Below, piece by piece: positions 19,122 to 40,893 of a stretch of 64,000 nucleotides of DNA. The stretch lies in the NCBI RefSeq assembly GCF_009914755.1, contig NC_060948.1. One strand, written 5' to 3'. The notes under the pieces were generated by a model. The model did not search any database. It was not told where the DNA came from and worked only from the letters and a program-made list of their open reading frames with translations. Position 1 is the stretch's first letter. Each line of letters opens with the position of its first letter. The position numbers and the translations under genes are program-made. The stretch comes from the human T2T-CHM13v2.0 reference genome, Homo sapiens.

Positions 19122-21226
19122 AGATCCGTATTTTTTAAATGAAAAAAAATTTCAAAGGTACTCTGCTTGGTACAATAATCAAATGTATAAACTGAGGAAT
19201 AAAACATAACCATGAAACCTACTTATAACTGCATATGGAAAATACAGAGGATAATTTTTTAAATAACATATTTTGAAAGCCTTAACTAGTAATTTGAAGA
19301 GTTGGCATTTGAAAGGCCAGTATGAATATACCTTCAAAGCAGCAACACAGGTTCCCCATGAGAAAAAGCAAACACAGGGAAAATAAAAACACAAAGGTTC
19401 AATCTCTTCTGACCTTTGAAAGACACAGCACAGACAGTGGTCCTTAGGACGAAGAGCAGGAGACCCCTAATTCCGTCACCATGGCGATAGGGCATAAACA
19501 TTGCTGGGTGAGGGCACAATCCACATTGTGAGGTCCAACTGCTGCCAGGAAGACAGGAGTGCTTTTACATAGACCGAAAGGTCATTGAAGGCTCAGAGTT
19601 TTGTTTCAAGAACTGAATCCCAAGCCCACACGTTATTAGGCTGCGCTTCTTAAAACAAGTGATGAGATGGGAAAAAGGGCACCCACAAACATACGTATAC
19701 ATTATGTATATAATAATATACAGTATCATATATATAATATATATAACCTATGTATAATATTGTTTTACATCCTGCATCTTATGTTATATATATTGTATAA
19801 AATATAATAATTGATAATATATAAGTTTTATAATTATACAATATGACATATAGTATATATTATAATGTATGACATATATAATATATGTTATATATCATAT
19901 ATAGAGTATATTATACGGTTAATATCCGTATTAAATATAAATTATACCTTATATATATTATATATAATATATCTGTTATATATAATACCCATTATGCATA
20001 ATATATATATTATGTCTGTTATATATAGTATAAAACAACATATAATAATATATAATTGTATATATAAAATGCGACATATAATATATATTATATTTTATAA
20101 CATATGTAATATATATTATATATTATATATAATACGTTGTATGTATAATACCTATATTAAATATATATTATATGACTATGTTATTAATTACATGTCACAT
20201 GTGTTATATATTATATATTTTACATAGAATATACCGGTTACATACAATATATACTATGTTACCTATAATGTATAATTTATTACATGTAAAATAAATAATG
20301 CAATATATTATGTAAAATTTATAATATACAATATGTGGAATGTGATATATGTAACATATAATATATGATATATGATATACAGTATATGATATGTAACATA
20401 CAATATATGATTCCTAATATATATGGTATACAATATATATTTTATGATATGTATTCTATATGTTTTATATTCTGTTATATATAACTATTTGAAATTATAT
20501 ATAACTGTATAATATTTTATGTAAATATGAAATATAATATATATAACTATATAATATATTATATATAACTATATATTATGTTATGTATACTTTTATAACA
20601 TAATTTACATAAAATATCATAATATAATATATATTATATTATTTCATATTACATAATATATATTACATATCACCCAATATAACTAACATACATAATATTA
20701 TAATATAGATTATATTATGTTATATTAAATATCATATATATCATGTATCATATATTCTATAATATATATTACACATTATATAATATGTATGTTGTCTATT
20801 ATGTGATATATATAACTATATATATAATTATATTTTTATACATATAACTAGATAAACATGTAATTCTACATATTTTCATTTATAATATGTAGAATTATAT
20901 AATCATACATAATTATTTATATTCTATAAAAAATTTTATCATTATATAAATTATAATATATAAAAATTATAATATGTACTACAAATATATATATATTATA
21001 TATCATTTATGATATAGTACCTTTGTTATATATCATAATACATATAAATGTGTATTATGTTATCTATAATTATATAATTTCATATATAAGATGTATAATA
21101 TGTATCATATATTATATATGTTATGTAATATATATAGTATATATAAGATGACACAGGATAAATATTATATACTATGACATATAAAATATATGAGGTTATA
21201 TGTTACATATAAGGCATAGCACATAA

Positions 21227-21541
<315 letters not shown>

Positions 21542-23646
21542 AGATCCGTATTTTTTAAATGAAAAAAAATTTCAAAGGTACTCTGCTTGGTACAATAATC
21601 AAATGTATAAACTGAGGAATAAAACATAACCATGAAACCTACTTATAACTGCATATGGAAAATACAGAGGATAATTTTTTAAATAACATATTTTGAAAGC
21701 CTTAACTAGTAATTTGAAGAGTTGGCATTTGAAAGGCCAGTATGAATATACCTTCAAAGCAGCAACACAGGTTCCCCATGAGAAAAAGCAAACACAGGGA
21801 AAATAAAAACACAAAGGTTCAATCTCTTCTGACCTTTGAAAGACACAGCACAGACAGTGGTCCTTAGGACGAAGAGCAGGAGACCCGTAATTCCGTCACC
21901 ATGGCGATAGGGCATAAACATTGCTGGGTGAGGGCACAATCCACATTGTGAGGTCCAACTGCTGCCAGGAAGACAGGAGTGCTTTTACATAGACCGAAAG
22001 GTCATTGAAGGCTCAGAGTTTTGTTTCAAGAACTGAATCCCAAGCCCACACGTTATTAGGCTGCGCTTCTTAAAACAAGTTATGAGATGGGAAAAAGGGC
22101 ACCCACAAACATACGTATACATTATGTATATAATAATATACAGTATCATATATATAATATATATAACCTATGTATAATATTGTTTTACATCCTGCATCTT
22201 ATGTTATATATATTGTATAAAATATAATAATTGATAATATATAAGTTTTATAATTATACAATATGACATATAGTATATATTATAATTTATGACATATATA
22301 ATATATGTTATATGTCATATATAGAATATATTATACGGTTAATATACGTATTAAATATAAATTATACATTATATATATTATATATAATATATCTGTTATA
22401 TATAATACCCATTATGCATAATATATATATTATGTCTATGTTATATATAGTATAAAACAACATATAATAATATATAATTGTATATATAAAATGCGACATA
22501 TAATATATATTATATTTTATAACATATGTAATATATATTATATATTATATATAATACGTTGTATGTATAATACCTATATTAAATATATATTATATGACTA
22601 TGTTATTAATTACATGTCACATGTGTTATATATTATATATTTTACATAGAATATACCGGTTACATACAATATATACTATGTTACCTATAATGTATAATTT
22701 ATTACATGTAAAATAAAGAATGCAATATATTATGTATAATTTATAATATACAATATGTGGAATGTGACATATGTAACATATAATATATGATATATGATAT
22801 ACAGTATATGATATATAACATACAATATATGATTCCTAATATATATGGTATACAATATCTATTTTATGATATGTATTCTATATGTTTTATATTCTGTTAT
22901 ATATAACTATTTGAAATTATATATAACTGTATAATATTTTATGTAAATATGTAATATAATATATATAACTATATAATATATTATATATAACTATATATTA
23001 TGTTATATATACTTTTATAACATAATTTACATAAAATATCATAATATAATATATATTATATTATTTCATATTACATAATATATATTACATATCACCCAAT
23101 ATAACTAACATACATAATATTATAATATAGATTATATTATGTTATATTAAATATCATATATATCATGTATCATATATTCTATAATATATATTACACATTA
23201 TATAATATGTATGTTGTCTATTATGTGATATATATATCTATATATATAATTATATTTTTATACATATAACTAGATAAACATGTAATTCTACATATTTTCA
23301 TTTATAATATGTAGAATTATATAATCATATATAATTATTTATATTCTATAAAAAATTTTATCATTATATAAATTATAATATATAAAAATTATAATATGTA
23401 CTACAAATATATATATATTATATATCATATATGATATAGTACCTTTGTTATATATCATAATACATATAAATGTGTATTGTTATCTATAATTATATAATTT
23501 CATATATAAGATGTATAATATGTATCATATATTATATATGTTATGAAATATATATAGTATATATAAGATGACACAGGATAAATATTATATACTATGACAT
23601 ATAAAATATATGAGGTTATATGTTACATATAAGGCATAGCACATAA

Positions 23647-23961
<315 letters not shown>

Positions 23962-26066
23962 AGATCCGTATTTTTTAAATGAAAAAAAATTTCAAAGGTA
24001 CTCTGCTTGGTACAATAATCAAATGTATAAACTGAGGAATAAAACATAACCATGAAACCTACTTATAACTGCATATGGAAAATACAGAGGATAATTTTTT
24101 AAATAACATATTTTGAAAGCCTTAACTAGTAATTTGAAGAGTTGGCATTTGAAAGGCCAGTATGAATATACCTTCAAAGCAGCAACACAGGTTCCCCATG
24201 AGAAAAAGCAAACACAGGGAAAATAAAAACACAAAGGTTCAATCTCTTCTGACCTTTGAAAGACACAGCACAGACAGTGGTCCTTAGGACGAAGAGCAGG
24301 AGACCCCTAATTCCGTCACCATGGCGATAGGGCATAAACATTGCTGGGTGAGGGCACAATCCACATTGTGAGGTCCAACTGCTGCCAGGAAGACAGGAGT
24401 GCTTTTACATAGACCGAAAGGTCATTGAAGGCTCAGAGTTTTGTTTCAAGAACTGAATCCCAAGCCCACACGTTATTAGGCTGCGCTTCTTAAAACAAGT
24501 GATGAGATGGGAAAAAGGGCACCCACAAACATACGTATACATTATGTATATAATAATATACAGTATCATATATATAATATATATAACCTATGTATAATAT
24601 TGTTTTACATCCTGCATCTTATGTTATATATATTGTATAAAATATAATAATTGATAATATATAAGTTTTATAATTATACAATATGACATATAGTATATAT
24701 TATAATTTATGACATATATAATATATGTTATATATCATATATAGAATATATTATACGGTTAATATACGTATTAAATGTAAATTATACCTTATATATATTA
24801 TATATAATATAACTGTTATATATAATACCCATTATGCATAATATATATATTATGTCTATGTTATATATAGTATAAAACAACATATAATAATATATAATTG
24901 TATATATAAAATGCGACATATAATATATATTATATTTTATAACATATGTAATATATATTATATATTATATATAATACGTTGTATGTATAATACCTATATT
25001 AAATATATATTATATGACTATGTTATTAATTACATGTCACATGTGTTATATATTATATATTTTACATAGAATATACCGGTTACATACAATATATACTATG
25101 TTACCTATAATGTATAATTTATTACATGTAAAATAAAGAATGCAATATATTATGTATAATTTATAATATACAATATGTGGAATGTGATATATGTAACATA
25201 TAATATATGATATATGATATACAGTATATGATATATAACATACAATATATGATTCCTAATATATATGGTATACAATATATATTTTATGATATGTATTCTA
25301 TATGTTTTATATTCTGTTATATATAACTATTTGAAATTATATATAACTGTATAATATTTTATGTAAATATGTAATATAATATATATAACTATATAATATA
25401 TTATATATAACTATATATTATGTTATGTATACTTTTATAACATAATTTACATAAAATATCATAATATAATATATATTATATTATTTCATATTACATAATA
25501 TATATTACATATCACCCAATATAACTAACATACATAATATTATAATATAGATTATATTATGTTATATTAAATATCATATATATCATGTATCATATATTCT
25601 ATAATATATATTACACATTATATAATATGTATGTTGTCTATTATGTGATATATATAACTGTATATATAATTATATTTTTATACATATAACTAGATAAACA
25701 TGTAATTCTACATATTTTCATTTATAATATGTAGAATTATATAATCATATATAATTATTTATATTCTATAAAAAATTTTATCATTATATAAATTATAATA
25801 TATAAAAATTATAATATGTACTACAAATATATATATTATATATCATATATGATATAGTACCTTTGTTATATATCATAATACATATAAATGTGTATTATGT
25901 TATCTATAATTATATAATTTCATATATAAGTTGTATAATATGTATCATATATTATATATGTTATGTAATATATATAGTATATATAAGATGACACAGGATA
26001 AATATTATATACTATGACATATAAAATATATGAGGTTATATGTTACATATAAGGCATAGCACATAA

Positions 26067-26381
<315 letters not shown>

Positions 26382-28486
26382 AGATCCGTATTTTTTAAAT
26401 GAAAAAAAATTTCAAAGGTACTCTGCTTGGTACAATAATCAAATGTATAAACTGAGGAATAAAACATAACCATGAAACCTACTTATAACTGCATATGGAA
26501 AATACAGAGGATAATTTTTTAAATAACATATTTTGAAAGCCTTAACTAGTAATTTGAAGAGTTGGCATTTGAAAGGCCAGTATGAATATACCTTCAAAGC
26601 AGCAACACAGGTTCCCCATGAGAAAAAGCAAACACAGGGAAAATAAAAACACAAAGGTTCAATCTCTTCTGACCTTTGAAAGACACAGCACAGACAGTGG
26701 TCCTTAGGACGAAGAGCAGGAGACCCGTAATTCCGTCACCATGGCGATAGGGCATAAACATTGCTGGGTGAGGGCACAATCCACATTGTGAGGTCCAACT
26801 GCTGCCAGGAAGACAGGAGTGCTTTTACATAGACCGAAAGGTCATTGAAGGCTCAGAGTTTTGTTTCAAGAACTGAATCCCAAGCCCACACGTTATTAGG
26901 CTGCGCTTCTTAAAACAAGTGATGAGATGGGAAAAAGGGCACCCACAAACATACGTATACATTATGTATATAATAATATACAGTATCATATATATAATAT
27001 ATATAACCTATGTATAATATTGTTTTACATCCTGCATCTTATGTTATATATATTGTATAAAATATAATAATTGATAATATATAAGTTTTATAATTATACA
27101 ATATGACATATAGTATATATTATAATTTATGACATATATAATATATGTTATATGTCATATATAGAATATATTATACGGTTAATATACGTATTAAATATAA
27201 ATTATACATTATATATATTATATATAATATATCTGTTATATATAATACCCATTATGCATAATATATATATTATGTCTATGTTATATATAGTATAAAACAA
27301 CATATAATAATATATAATTGTATATATAAAATGCGACATATAATATATATTATATTTTATAACATATGTAATATATATTATATATTATATATAATACGTT
27401 GTATGTATAATACCTATATTAAATATATATTATATGACTATGTTATTAATTACATGTCACATGTGTTATATATTATATATTTTACATAGAATATACCGGT
27501 TACATACAATATATACTATGTTACCTATAATGTATAATTTATTACATGTAAAATAAAGAATGCAATATATTATGTATAATTTATAATATACAATATGTGG
27601 AATGTGACATATGTAACATATAATATATGATATATGATATACAGTATATGATATATAACATACAATATATGATTCCTAATATATATGGTATACAATATCT
27701 ATTTTATGATATGTATTCTATATGTTTTATATTCTGTTATATATAACTATTTGAAATTATATATAACTGTATAATATTTTATGTAAATATGTAATATAAT
27801 ATATATAACTATATAATATATTATATATAACTATATATTATGTTATATATACTTTTATAACATAATTTACATAAAATATCATAATATAATATATATTATA
27901 TTATTTCATATTACATAATATATATTACATATCACCCAATATAACTAACATACATAATATTATAATATAGATTATATTATGTTATATTAAATATCATATA
28001 TATCATGTATCATATATTCTATAATATATATTACACATTATATAATATGTATGTTGTCTATTATGTGATATATATATCTATATATATAATTATATTTTTA
28101 TACATATAACTAGATAAACATGTAATTCTACATATTTTCATTTATAATATGTAGAATTATATAATCATATATAATTATTTATATTCTATAAAAAATTTTA
28201 TCATTATATAAATTATAATATATAAAAATTATAATATGTACTACAAATATATATATATTATATATCATATATGATATAGTACCTTTGTTATATATCATAA
28301 TACATATAAATGTGTATTGTTATCTATAATTATATAATTTCATATATAAGATGTATAATATGTATCATATATTATATATGTTATGAAATATATATAGTAT
28401 ATATAAGATGACACAGGATAAATATTATATACTATGACATATAAAATATATGAGGTTATATGTTACATATAAGGCATAGCACATAA

Positions 28487-28801
<315 letters not shown>

Positions 28802-30906
28802 AGATCCGTATTTTTTAAATGAAAAAAAATTTCAAAGGTACTCTGCTTGGTACAATAATCAAATGTATAAACTGAGGAATAAAACATAACCATGAAACCT
28901 ACTTATAACTGCATATGGAAAATACAGAGGATAATTTTTTAAATAACATATTTTGAAAGCCTTAACTAGTAATTTGAAGAGTTGGCATTTGAAAGGCCAG
29001 TATGAATATACCTTCAAAGCAGCAACACAGGTTCCCCATGAGAAAAAGCAAACACAGGGAAAATAAAAACACAAAGGTTCAATCTCTTCTGACCTTTGAA
29101 AGACACAGCACAGACAGTGGTCCTTAGGACGAAGAGCAGGAGACCCCTAATTCCGTCACCATGGCGATAGGGCATAAACATTGCTGGGTGAGGGCACAAT
29201 CCACATTGTGAGGTCCAACTGCTGCCAGGAAGACAGGAGTGCTTTTACATAGACCGAAAGGTCATTGAAGGCTCAGAGTTTTGTTTCAAGAACTGAATCC
29301 CAAGCCCACACGTTATTAGGCTGCGCTTCTTAAAACAAGTGATGAGATGGGAAAAAGGGCACCCACAAACATACGTATACATTATGTATATAATAATATA
29401 CAGTATCATATATATAATATATATAACCTATGTATAATATTGTTTTACATCCTGCATCTTATGTTATATATATTGTATAAAATATAATAATTGATAATAT
29501 ATAAGTTTTATAATTATACAATATGACATATAGTATATATTATAATTTATGACATATATAATATATGTTATATATCATATATAGAATATATTATACGGTT
29601 AATATACGTATTAAATGTAAATTATACCTTATATATATTATATATAATATAACTGTTATATATAATACCCATTATGCATAATATATATATTATGTCTATG
29701 TTATATATAGTATAAAACAACATATAATAATATATAATTGTATATATAAAATGCGACATATAATATATATTATATTTTATAACATATGTAATATATATTA
29801 TATATTATATATAATACGTTGTATGTATAATACCTATATTAAATATATATTATATGACTATGTTATTAATTACATGTCACATGTGTTATATATTATATAT
29901 TTTACATAGAATATACCGGTTACATACAATATATACTATGTTACCTATAATGTATAATTTATTACATGTAAAATAAAGAATGCAATATATTATGTATAAT
30001 TTATAATATACAATATGTGGAATGTGATATATGTAACATATAATATATGATATATGATATACAGTATATGATATATAACATACAATATATGATTCCTAAT
30101 ATATATGGTATACAATATATATTTTATGATATGTATTCTATATGTTTTATATTCTGTTATATATAACTATTTGAAATTATATATAACTGTATAATATTTT
30201 ATGTAAATATGTAATATAATATATATAACTATATAATATATTATATATAACTATATATTATGTTATGTATACTTTTATAACATAATTTACATAAAATATC
30301 ATAATATAATATATATTATATTATTTCATATTACATAATATATATTACATATCACCCAATATAACTAACATACATAATATTATAATATAGATTATATTAT
30401 GTTATATTAAATATCATATATATCATGTATCATATATTCTATAATATATATTACACATTATATAATATGTATGTTGTCTATTATGTGATATATATAACTG
30501 TATATATAATTATATTTTTATACATATAACTAGATAAACATGTAATTCTACATATTTTCATTTATAATATGTAGAATTATATAATCATATATAATTATTT
30601 ATATTCTATAAAAAATTTTATCATTATATAAATTATAATATATAAAAATTATAATATGTACTACAAATATATATATTATATATCATATATGATATAGTAC
30701 CTTTGTTATATATCATAATACATATAAATGTGTATTATGTTATCTATAATTATATAATTTCATATATAAGTTGTATAATATGTATCATATATTATATATG
30801 TTATGTAATATATATAGTATATATAAGATGACACAGGATAAATATTATATACTATGACATATAAAATATATGAGGTTATATGTTACATATAAGGCATAGC
30901 ACATAA

Positions 30907-31221
<315 letters not shown>

Positions 31222-33324
31222 AGATCCATATTTTTTAAATGAAAAAAAATTTCAAAGGTACTCTGCTTGGTACAATAATCAAATGTATAAACTGAGGAAT
31301 AAAACATAACCATGAAACCTACTTATAACTGCATATGGAAAATACAGAGGATAATTTTTTAAATAACATATTTTGAAAGCCTTAACTAGTAATTTGAAGA
31401 GTTGGCATTTGAAAGGCCAGTATGAATATACCTTCAAAGCAGCAACACAGGTTCCCCATGAGAAAAAGCAAACACAGGGAAAATAAAAACACAAAGGTTC
31501 AATCTCTTCTGACCTTTGAAAGACACAGCACAGACAGTGGTCCTTAGGACGAAGAGCAGGAGACCCCTAATTCCGTCACCATGGCGATAGGGCATAAACA
31601 TTGCTGGGTGAGGGCACAATCCACATTGTGAGGTCCAACTGCTGCCAGGAAGACAGGAGTGCTTTTACATAGACCGAAAGGTCATTGAAGGCTCAGAGTT
31701 TTGTTTCAAGAACTGAATCCCAAGCCCACACGTTATTAGGCTGCGCTTCTTAAAACAAGTGATGAGATGGGAAAAAGGGCACCCACAAACATACGTATAC
31801 ATTATGTATATAATAATATACAGTATCATATATATAATATATATAACCTATGTATAATATTGTTTTACATCCTGCATCTTATGTTATATATATTGTATAA
31901 AATATAATAATTGATAATATATAAGTTTTATAATTATACAATATGACATATAGTATATATTATAATTTATGACATATATAATATATGTTATATATCATAT
32001 ATAGAATATAGTATACGGTTAATATACGTATTAAATATAAATTATACATTATATATATTATATATAATATATCTGTTATATATAATACCCATTATGCATA
32101 ATATATATATTATGTCTATGTTATATATAGTATAAAACAACATATAATAATATATAATTGTATATATAAAATGCGACATATAATATATATTATATTTTAT
32201 AACATATGTAATATATATTATATATTATATATAATACGTTGTATGTATAATACCTATATTAAATATATATTATATGACTATGTTATTAATTACATGTCAC
32301 ATGTGTTATATATTATATATTTTACATAGAATATACCGGTTACATACAATATATACTATGTTACCTATAATGTATAATTTATTACATGTAAAATAAAGAA
32401 TGCAATATATTATGTATAATTTATAATATACAATATGTGGAATGTGATATATATAACATATAATATATGATATATGATATACAGTATATGATATATAACA
32501 TACAATATATGATTCCTAATATATATGGTATACAATATATATTTTATGATATGTATTCTATATGTTTTATATTCTGTTCTATATAACTATTTGAAATTAT
32601 ATATAACTGTATAATATTTTATGTAAATATGTAATATAATATATATAACTATATAATATATTATATATAACTATATATTATGTTATGTATACTTTTATAA
32701 CATAATTTACAAAAAATATCATAATATAATATATATTATATTATTTCATATTACATAATATATATTACATATCACCCAATATAACTAACATACATAATAT
32801 TATAATATAGATTATATTATGTTATATTAAATATCATATATATCATGTATCATATATTCTATAATATATATTACACATTATATAATATGTATGCTGTCTA
32901 TTATGTGATATATATAACTATATATAATTATATTTTTATACATATAACTAGATAAACATGTAATTCTACATATTTTCATTTATAATATGTAGAATTATAT
33001 AATCATATATAATTATTTATATTCTATAAAAAATTTTATCATTATATAAATTATAATATATAAAAATTATAATATGTACTACAAATATATATATTATATA
33101 TCATATATGATATAGTACCTTTGTTATATATCATAATACATATAAATGTGTATTATGTTATCTATAATTATATAATTTCATATATAAGGTGTATAATATG
33201 TATCATATATTATATATGTTATGTAATATATATAGTATATATAAGATGACACAGGATAAATATTATATACTATGACATATAAAATATATGAGGTTATATG
33301 TTACATATAAGGCATAGCACATAA

Positions 33325-33639
<315 letters not shown>

Positions 33640-35742
33640 AGATCCATATTTTTTAAATGAAAAAAAATTTCAAAGGTACTCTGCTTGGTACAATAATCAA
33701 ATGTATAAACTGAGGAATAAAACATAACCATGAAACCTACTTATAACTGCATATGGAAAATACAGAGGATAATTTTTTAAATAACATATTTTGAAAGCCT
33801 TAACTAGTAATTTGAAGAGTTGGCATTTGAAAGGCCAGTATGAATATACCTTCAAAGCAGCAACACAGGTTCCCCATGAGAAAAAGCAAACACAGGGAAA
33901 ATAAAAACACAAAGGTTCAATCTCTTCTGACCTTTGAAAGACACAGCACAGACAGTGGTCCTTAGGACGAAGAGCAGGAGACCCCTAATTCCGTCACCAT
34001 GGCGATAGGGCATAAACATTGCTGGGTGAGGGCACAATCCACATTGTGAGGTCCAGCTGCTGCCAGGAAGACAGGAGTGCTTTTACATAGACCGAAAGGT
34101 CATTGAAGGCTCAGAGTTTTGTTTCAAAAACTGAATCCCAAGCCCACACGTTATTAGGCTGCGCTTCTTAAAACAAGTGATGAGATGGGAAAAAGGGCAC
34201 CCACAAACATACGTATACATTATGTATATAATAATATACAGTATCATATATATAATATATATAACCTATGTATAATATTGTTTTACATCCTGCATCTTAT
34301 GTTATATATATTGTATAAAATATAATAATTGATAATATATAAGTTTTATAATTATACAATATGACATATAGTATATATTATAATTTATGACATATATAAT
34401 ATATGTTATATATCATATATAGAATATATTATACGGTTAATATACGTATTAAATGTAAATTATACCTTATATATATTATATATAATATAACTGTTATATA
34501 TAATACCCATTATGCATAATATATATATTATGTCTATGTTATATATAGTATAAAACAACATATAATAATATATAATTGTATATATAAAATGCGACATATA
34601 ATATATATTATATTTTATAACATATGTAATATATATTATATATTATATATAATACGTTGTATGTATAATACCTATATTAAATATATATTATATGACTATG
34701 TTATTAATTACATGTCACATGTGTTATATATTATATATTTTACATAGAATATACCGGTTACATACAATATATACTATGTTACCTATAATGTATAATTTAT
34801 TACATGTAAAATAAAGAATGCAATATATTATGTATAATTTATAATATACAATATGTGGAATGTGATATATGTAACATATAATATATGATATATGATATAC
34901 AGTATATGATATATAACATACAATATATGATTCCTAATATATATGGTATACAATATATATTTTATGATATGTATTCTATATGTTTTATATTCTGTTATAT
35001 ATAAGTATTTGAAATTATATATAACTGTATAATATTTTATGTAAATATGTAATATAATATATATAACTATATAATATATTATATATAACTATATATTATG
35101 TTATGTATACTTTTATAACATAATTTACATAAAATATCATAATATAATATATATTATATTATTTCATATTACATAAGATATATTACATATCACCCAATAT
35201 AACTAACATACATAATATTATAATATAGATTATATTATGTTATATTAAATATCATATATATCATGTATCATATATTCTATAATATATATTACACATTATA
35301 TAATATGTATGCTGTCTATTATGTGATATATATAACTATATATAATTATATTTTTATACATATAACTAGATAAACATGTAATTCTACATATTTTCATTTA
35401 TAATATGTAGAATTATATAATCATATATAATTATTTATATTCTATAAAAAATTTTATCATTATATAAATTATAATATATAAAAATTATAATATGTACTAC
35501 AAATATATATATTATATATCATATATGATATAGTACCTTTGTTATATATCATAATACATATAAATGTGTATTATGTTATCTATAATTATATAATTTCATA
35601 TATAAGGTGTATAATATGTATCATATATTATATATGTTATGTAATATATATAGTATATATAAGATGACACAGGATAAATATTATATACTATGACATATAA
35701 AATATATGAGGTTATATGTTACATATAAGGCATAGCACATAA

Positions 35743-36057
<315 letters not shown>

Positions 36058-38160
36058 AGATCCATATTTTTTAAATGAAAAAAAATTTCAAAGGTACTCT
36101 GCTTGGTACAATAATCAAATGTATAAACTGAGGAATAAAACATAACCATGAAACCTACTTATAACTGCATATGGAAAATACAGAGGATAATTTTTTAAAT
36201 AACATATTTTGAAAGCCTTAACTAGTAATTTGAAGAGTTGGCATTTGAAAGGCCAGTATGAATATACCTTCAAAGCAGCAACACAGGTTCCCCATGAGAA
36301 AAAGCAAACACAGGGAAAATAAAAACACAAAGGTTCAATCTCTTCTGACCTTTGAAAGACACAGCACAGACAGTGGTCCTTAGGACGAAGAGCAGGAGAC
36401 CCCTAATTCCGTCACCATGGCGATAGGGCATAAACATTGCTGGGTGAGGGCACAATCCACATTGTGAGGTCCAACTGCTGCCAGGAAGACAGGAGTGCTT
36501 TTACATAGACCGAAAGGTCATTGAAGGCTCAGAGTTTTGTTTCAAGAACTGAATCCCAAGCCCACACGTTATTAGGCTGCGCTTCTTAAAACAAGTGATG
36601 AGATGGGAAAAAGGGCACCCACAAACATACGTATACATTATGTATATAATAATATACAGTATCATATATATAATATATATAACCTATGTATAATATTGTT
36701 TTACATCCTGCATCTTATGTTATATATATTGTATAAAATATAATAATTGATAATATATAAGTTTTATAATTATACAATATGACATATAGTATATATTATA
36801 ATTTATGACATATATAATATATGTTATATATCATATATAGAATATATTATACGGTTAATATACGTATTAAATGTAAATTATACCTTATATATATTATATA
36901 TAATATAACTGTTATATATAATACCCATTATGCATAATATATATATTATGTCTATGTTATATATAGTATAAAACAACATATAATAATATATAATTGTATA
37001 TATAAAATGCGACATATAATATATATTATATTTTATAACATATGTAATATATATTATATATTATATATAATACGTTGTATGTATAATACCTATATTAAAT
37101 ATATATTATATGACTATGTTATTAATTACATGTCACATGTGTTATATATTATATATTTTACATAGAATATACCGGTTACATACAATATATACTATGTTAC
37201 CTATAATGTATAATTTATTACATGTAAAATAAAGAATGCAATATATTATGTATAATTTATAATATACAATATGTGGAATGTGATATATGTAACATATAAT
37301 ATATGATATATGATATACAGTATATGATATATAACATACAATATATGATTCCTAATATATATGGTATACAATATATATTTTATGATATGTATTCTATATA
37401 TTTTATATTCTGTTATATATAACTATTTGAAATTATATATAACTGTATAATATTTTATGTAAATATGTAATATAATATATATAACTATATAATATATTAT
37501 ATATAACTATATATTATGTTATGTATACTTTTATAACATAATTTACAAAAAATATCATAATATAATATATATTATATTATTTCATATTACATAATATATA
37601 TTACATATCACCCAATATAACTAACATACATAATATTATAATATAGATTATATTATGTTATATTAAATATCATATATATCATGTATCATATATTCTATAA
37701 TATATATTACACATTATATAATATGTATGCTGTCTATTATGTGATATATATAACTATATATAATTATATTTTTATACATATAACTAGATAAACATGTAAT
37801 TCTACATATTTTCATTTATAATATGTAGAATTATATAATCATATATAATTATTTATATTCTATAAAAAATTTTATCATTATATAAATTATAATATATAAA
37901 AATTATAATATGTACTACAAATATATATATTATATATCATATATGATATAGTACCTTTGTTATATATCATAATACATATAAATGTGTATTATGTTATCTA
38001 TAATTATATAATTTCATATATAAGGTGTATAATATGTATCATATATTATATATGTTATGTAATATATATAGTATATATAAGATGACACAGGATAAATATT
38101 ATATACTATGACATATAAAATATATGAGGTTATATGTTACATATAAGGCATAGCACATAA

Positions 38161-38475
<315 letters not shown>

Positions 38476-40578
38476 AGATCCATATTTTTTAAATGAAAAA
38501 AAATTTCAAAGGTACTCTGCTTGGTACAATAATCAAATGTATAAACTGAGGAATAAAACATAACCATGAAACCTACTTATAACTGCATATGGAAAATACA
38601 GAGGATAATTTTTTAAATAACATATTTTGAAAGCCTTAACTAGTAATTTGAAGAGTTGGCATTTGAAAGGCCAGTATGAATATACCTTCAAAGCAGCAAC
38701 ACAGGTTCCCCATGAGAAAAAGCAAACACAGGGAAAATAAAAACACAAAGGTTCAATCTCTTCTGACCTTTGAAAGACACAGCACAGACAGTGGTCCTTA
38801 GGACGAAGAGCAGGAGACCCCTAATTCCGTCACCATGGCGATAGGGCATAAACATTGCTGGGTGAGGGCACAATCCACATTGTGAGGTCCAACTGCTGCC
38901 AGGAAGACAGGAGTGCTTTTACATAGACCGAAAGGTCATTGAAGGCTCAGAGTTTTGTTTCAAGAACTGAATCCCAAGCCCACACGTTATTAGGCTGCGC
39001 TTCTTAAAACAAGTTATGAGATGGGAAAAAGGGCACCCACAAACATACGTATACATTATGTATATAATAATATACAGTATCATATATATAATATATATAA
39101 CCTATGTATAATATTGTTTTACATCCTGCATCTTATGTTATATATATTGTATAAAATATAATAATTGATAATATATAAGTTTTATAATTATACAATATGA
39201 CATATAGTATATATTATAATTTATGACATATATAATATATGTTATATATCATATATAGAGTATAGTATACGGTTAATATACGTATTAAATATAAATTATA
39301 CATTATATATATTATATATAATATATCTGTTATATATAATACCCATTATGCATAATATATATATTATGTCTATGTTATATATAGTATAAAACAACATATA
39401 ATAATATATAATTGTATATATAAAATGCGACATATAATATATATTATATTTTATAACATATGTAATATATATTATATATTATCTATAATACGTTGTATGT
39501 ATAATACCTATATTAAATATATATTATATGACTATGTTATTAATTACATGTCACATGTGTTATATATTATATATTTTAAATAGAATATACCGGTTACATA
39601 CAATATATACTATGTTACCTATAATGTATAATTTATTACATGTAAAATAAGGAATGCGATATATTATGTATAATTTATAATATACAATATGTGGAATGTG
39701 ATATATATAACATATAATATATGATATATGATATACAGTATATGATATATAACATACAATATATGATTCCTAATATATATGGTATACAATATATATTTTA
39801 TGATATGTATTCTATATGTTTTATATTCTGTTATATATAACTATTTGAAATTATATATAACTGTATAATATTTTATGTAAATATGTAATATAATATATAT
39901 AACTATATAATATATTATATGTAACTATATATTATGTTATGTATACTTTTATAACATAATTTACAAAAAATATCATAATATAATATATATTATATTATTT
40001 CATATTACATAATATATATTACATATCACCCAATATAACTAACATACATAATATTATAATATAGATTATATTATGTTATATTAAATATCATATATATCAT
40101 GTATCATATATTCTATAATATATATTACACATTATATAATATGTATGCTGTCTATTATGTGATATATATAACTATATATAATTATATTTTTATACATATA
40201 ACTAGATAAACATGTAATTCTACATATTTTCATTTATAATATGTAGAATTATATAATCATATATAATTATTTATATTCTATAAAAAATTTTATCATTATA
40301 TAAATTATAATATATAAAAATTATAATATGTACTACAAATATATATATTATATATCATATATGATATAGTACCTTTGTTATATATCATAATACATATAAA
40401 TGTGTATTATGTTATCTATAATTATATAATTTCATATATAAGGTGTATAATATGTATCATATATTATATATGTTATGTAATATATATAGTATATATAAGA
40501 TGACACAGGATAAATATTATATACTATGACATATAAAATATATGAGGTTATATGTTACATATAAGGCATAGCACATAA

Positions 40579-40893
<315 letters not shown>
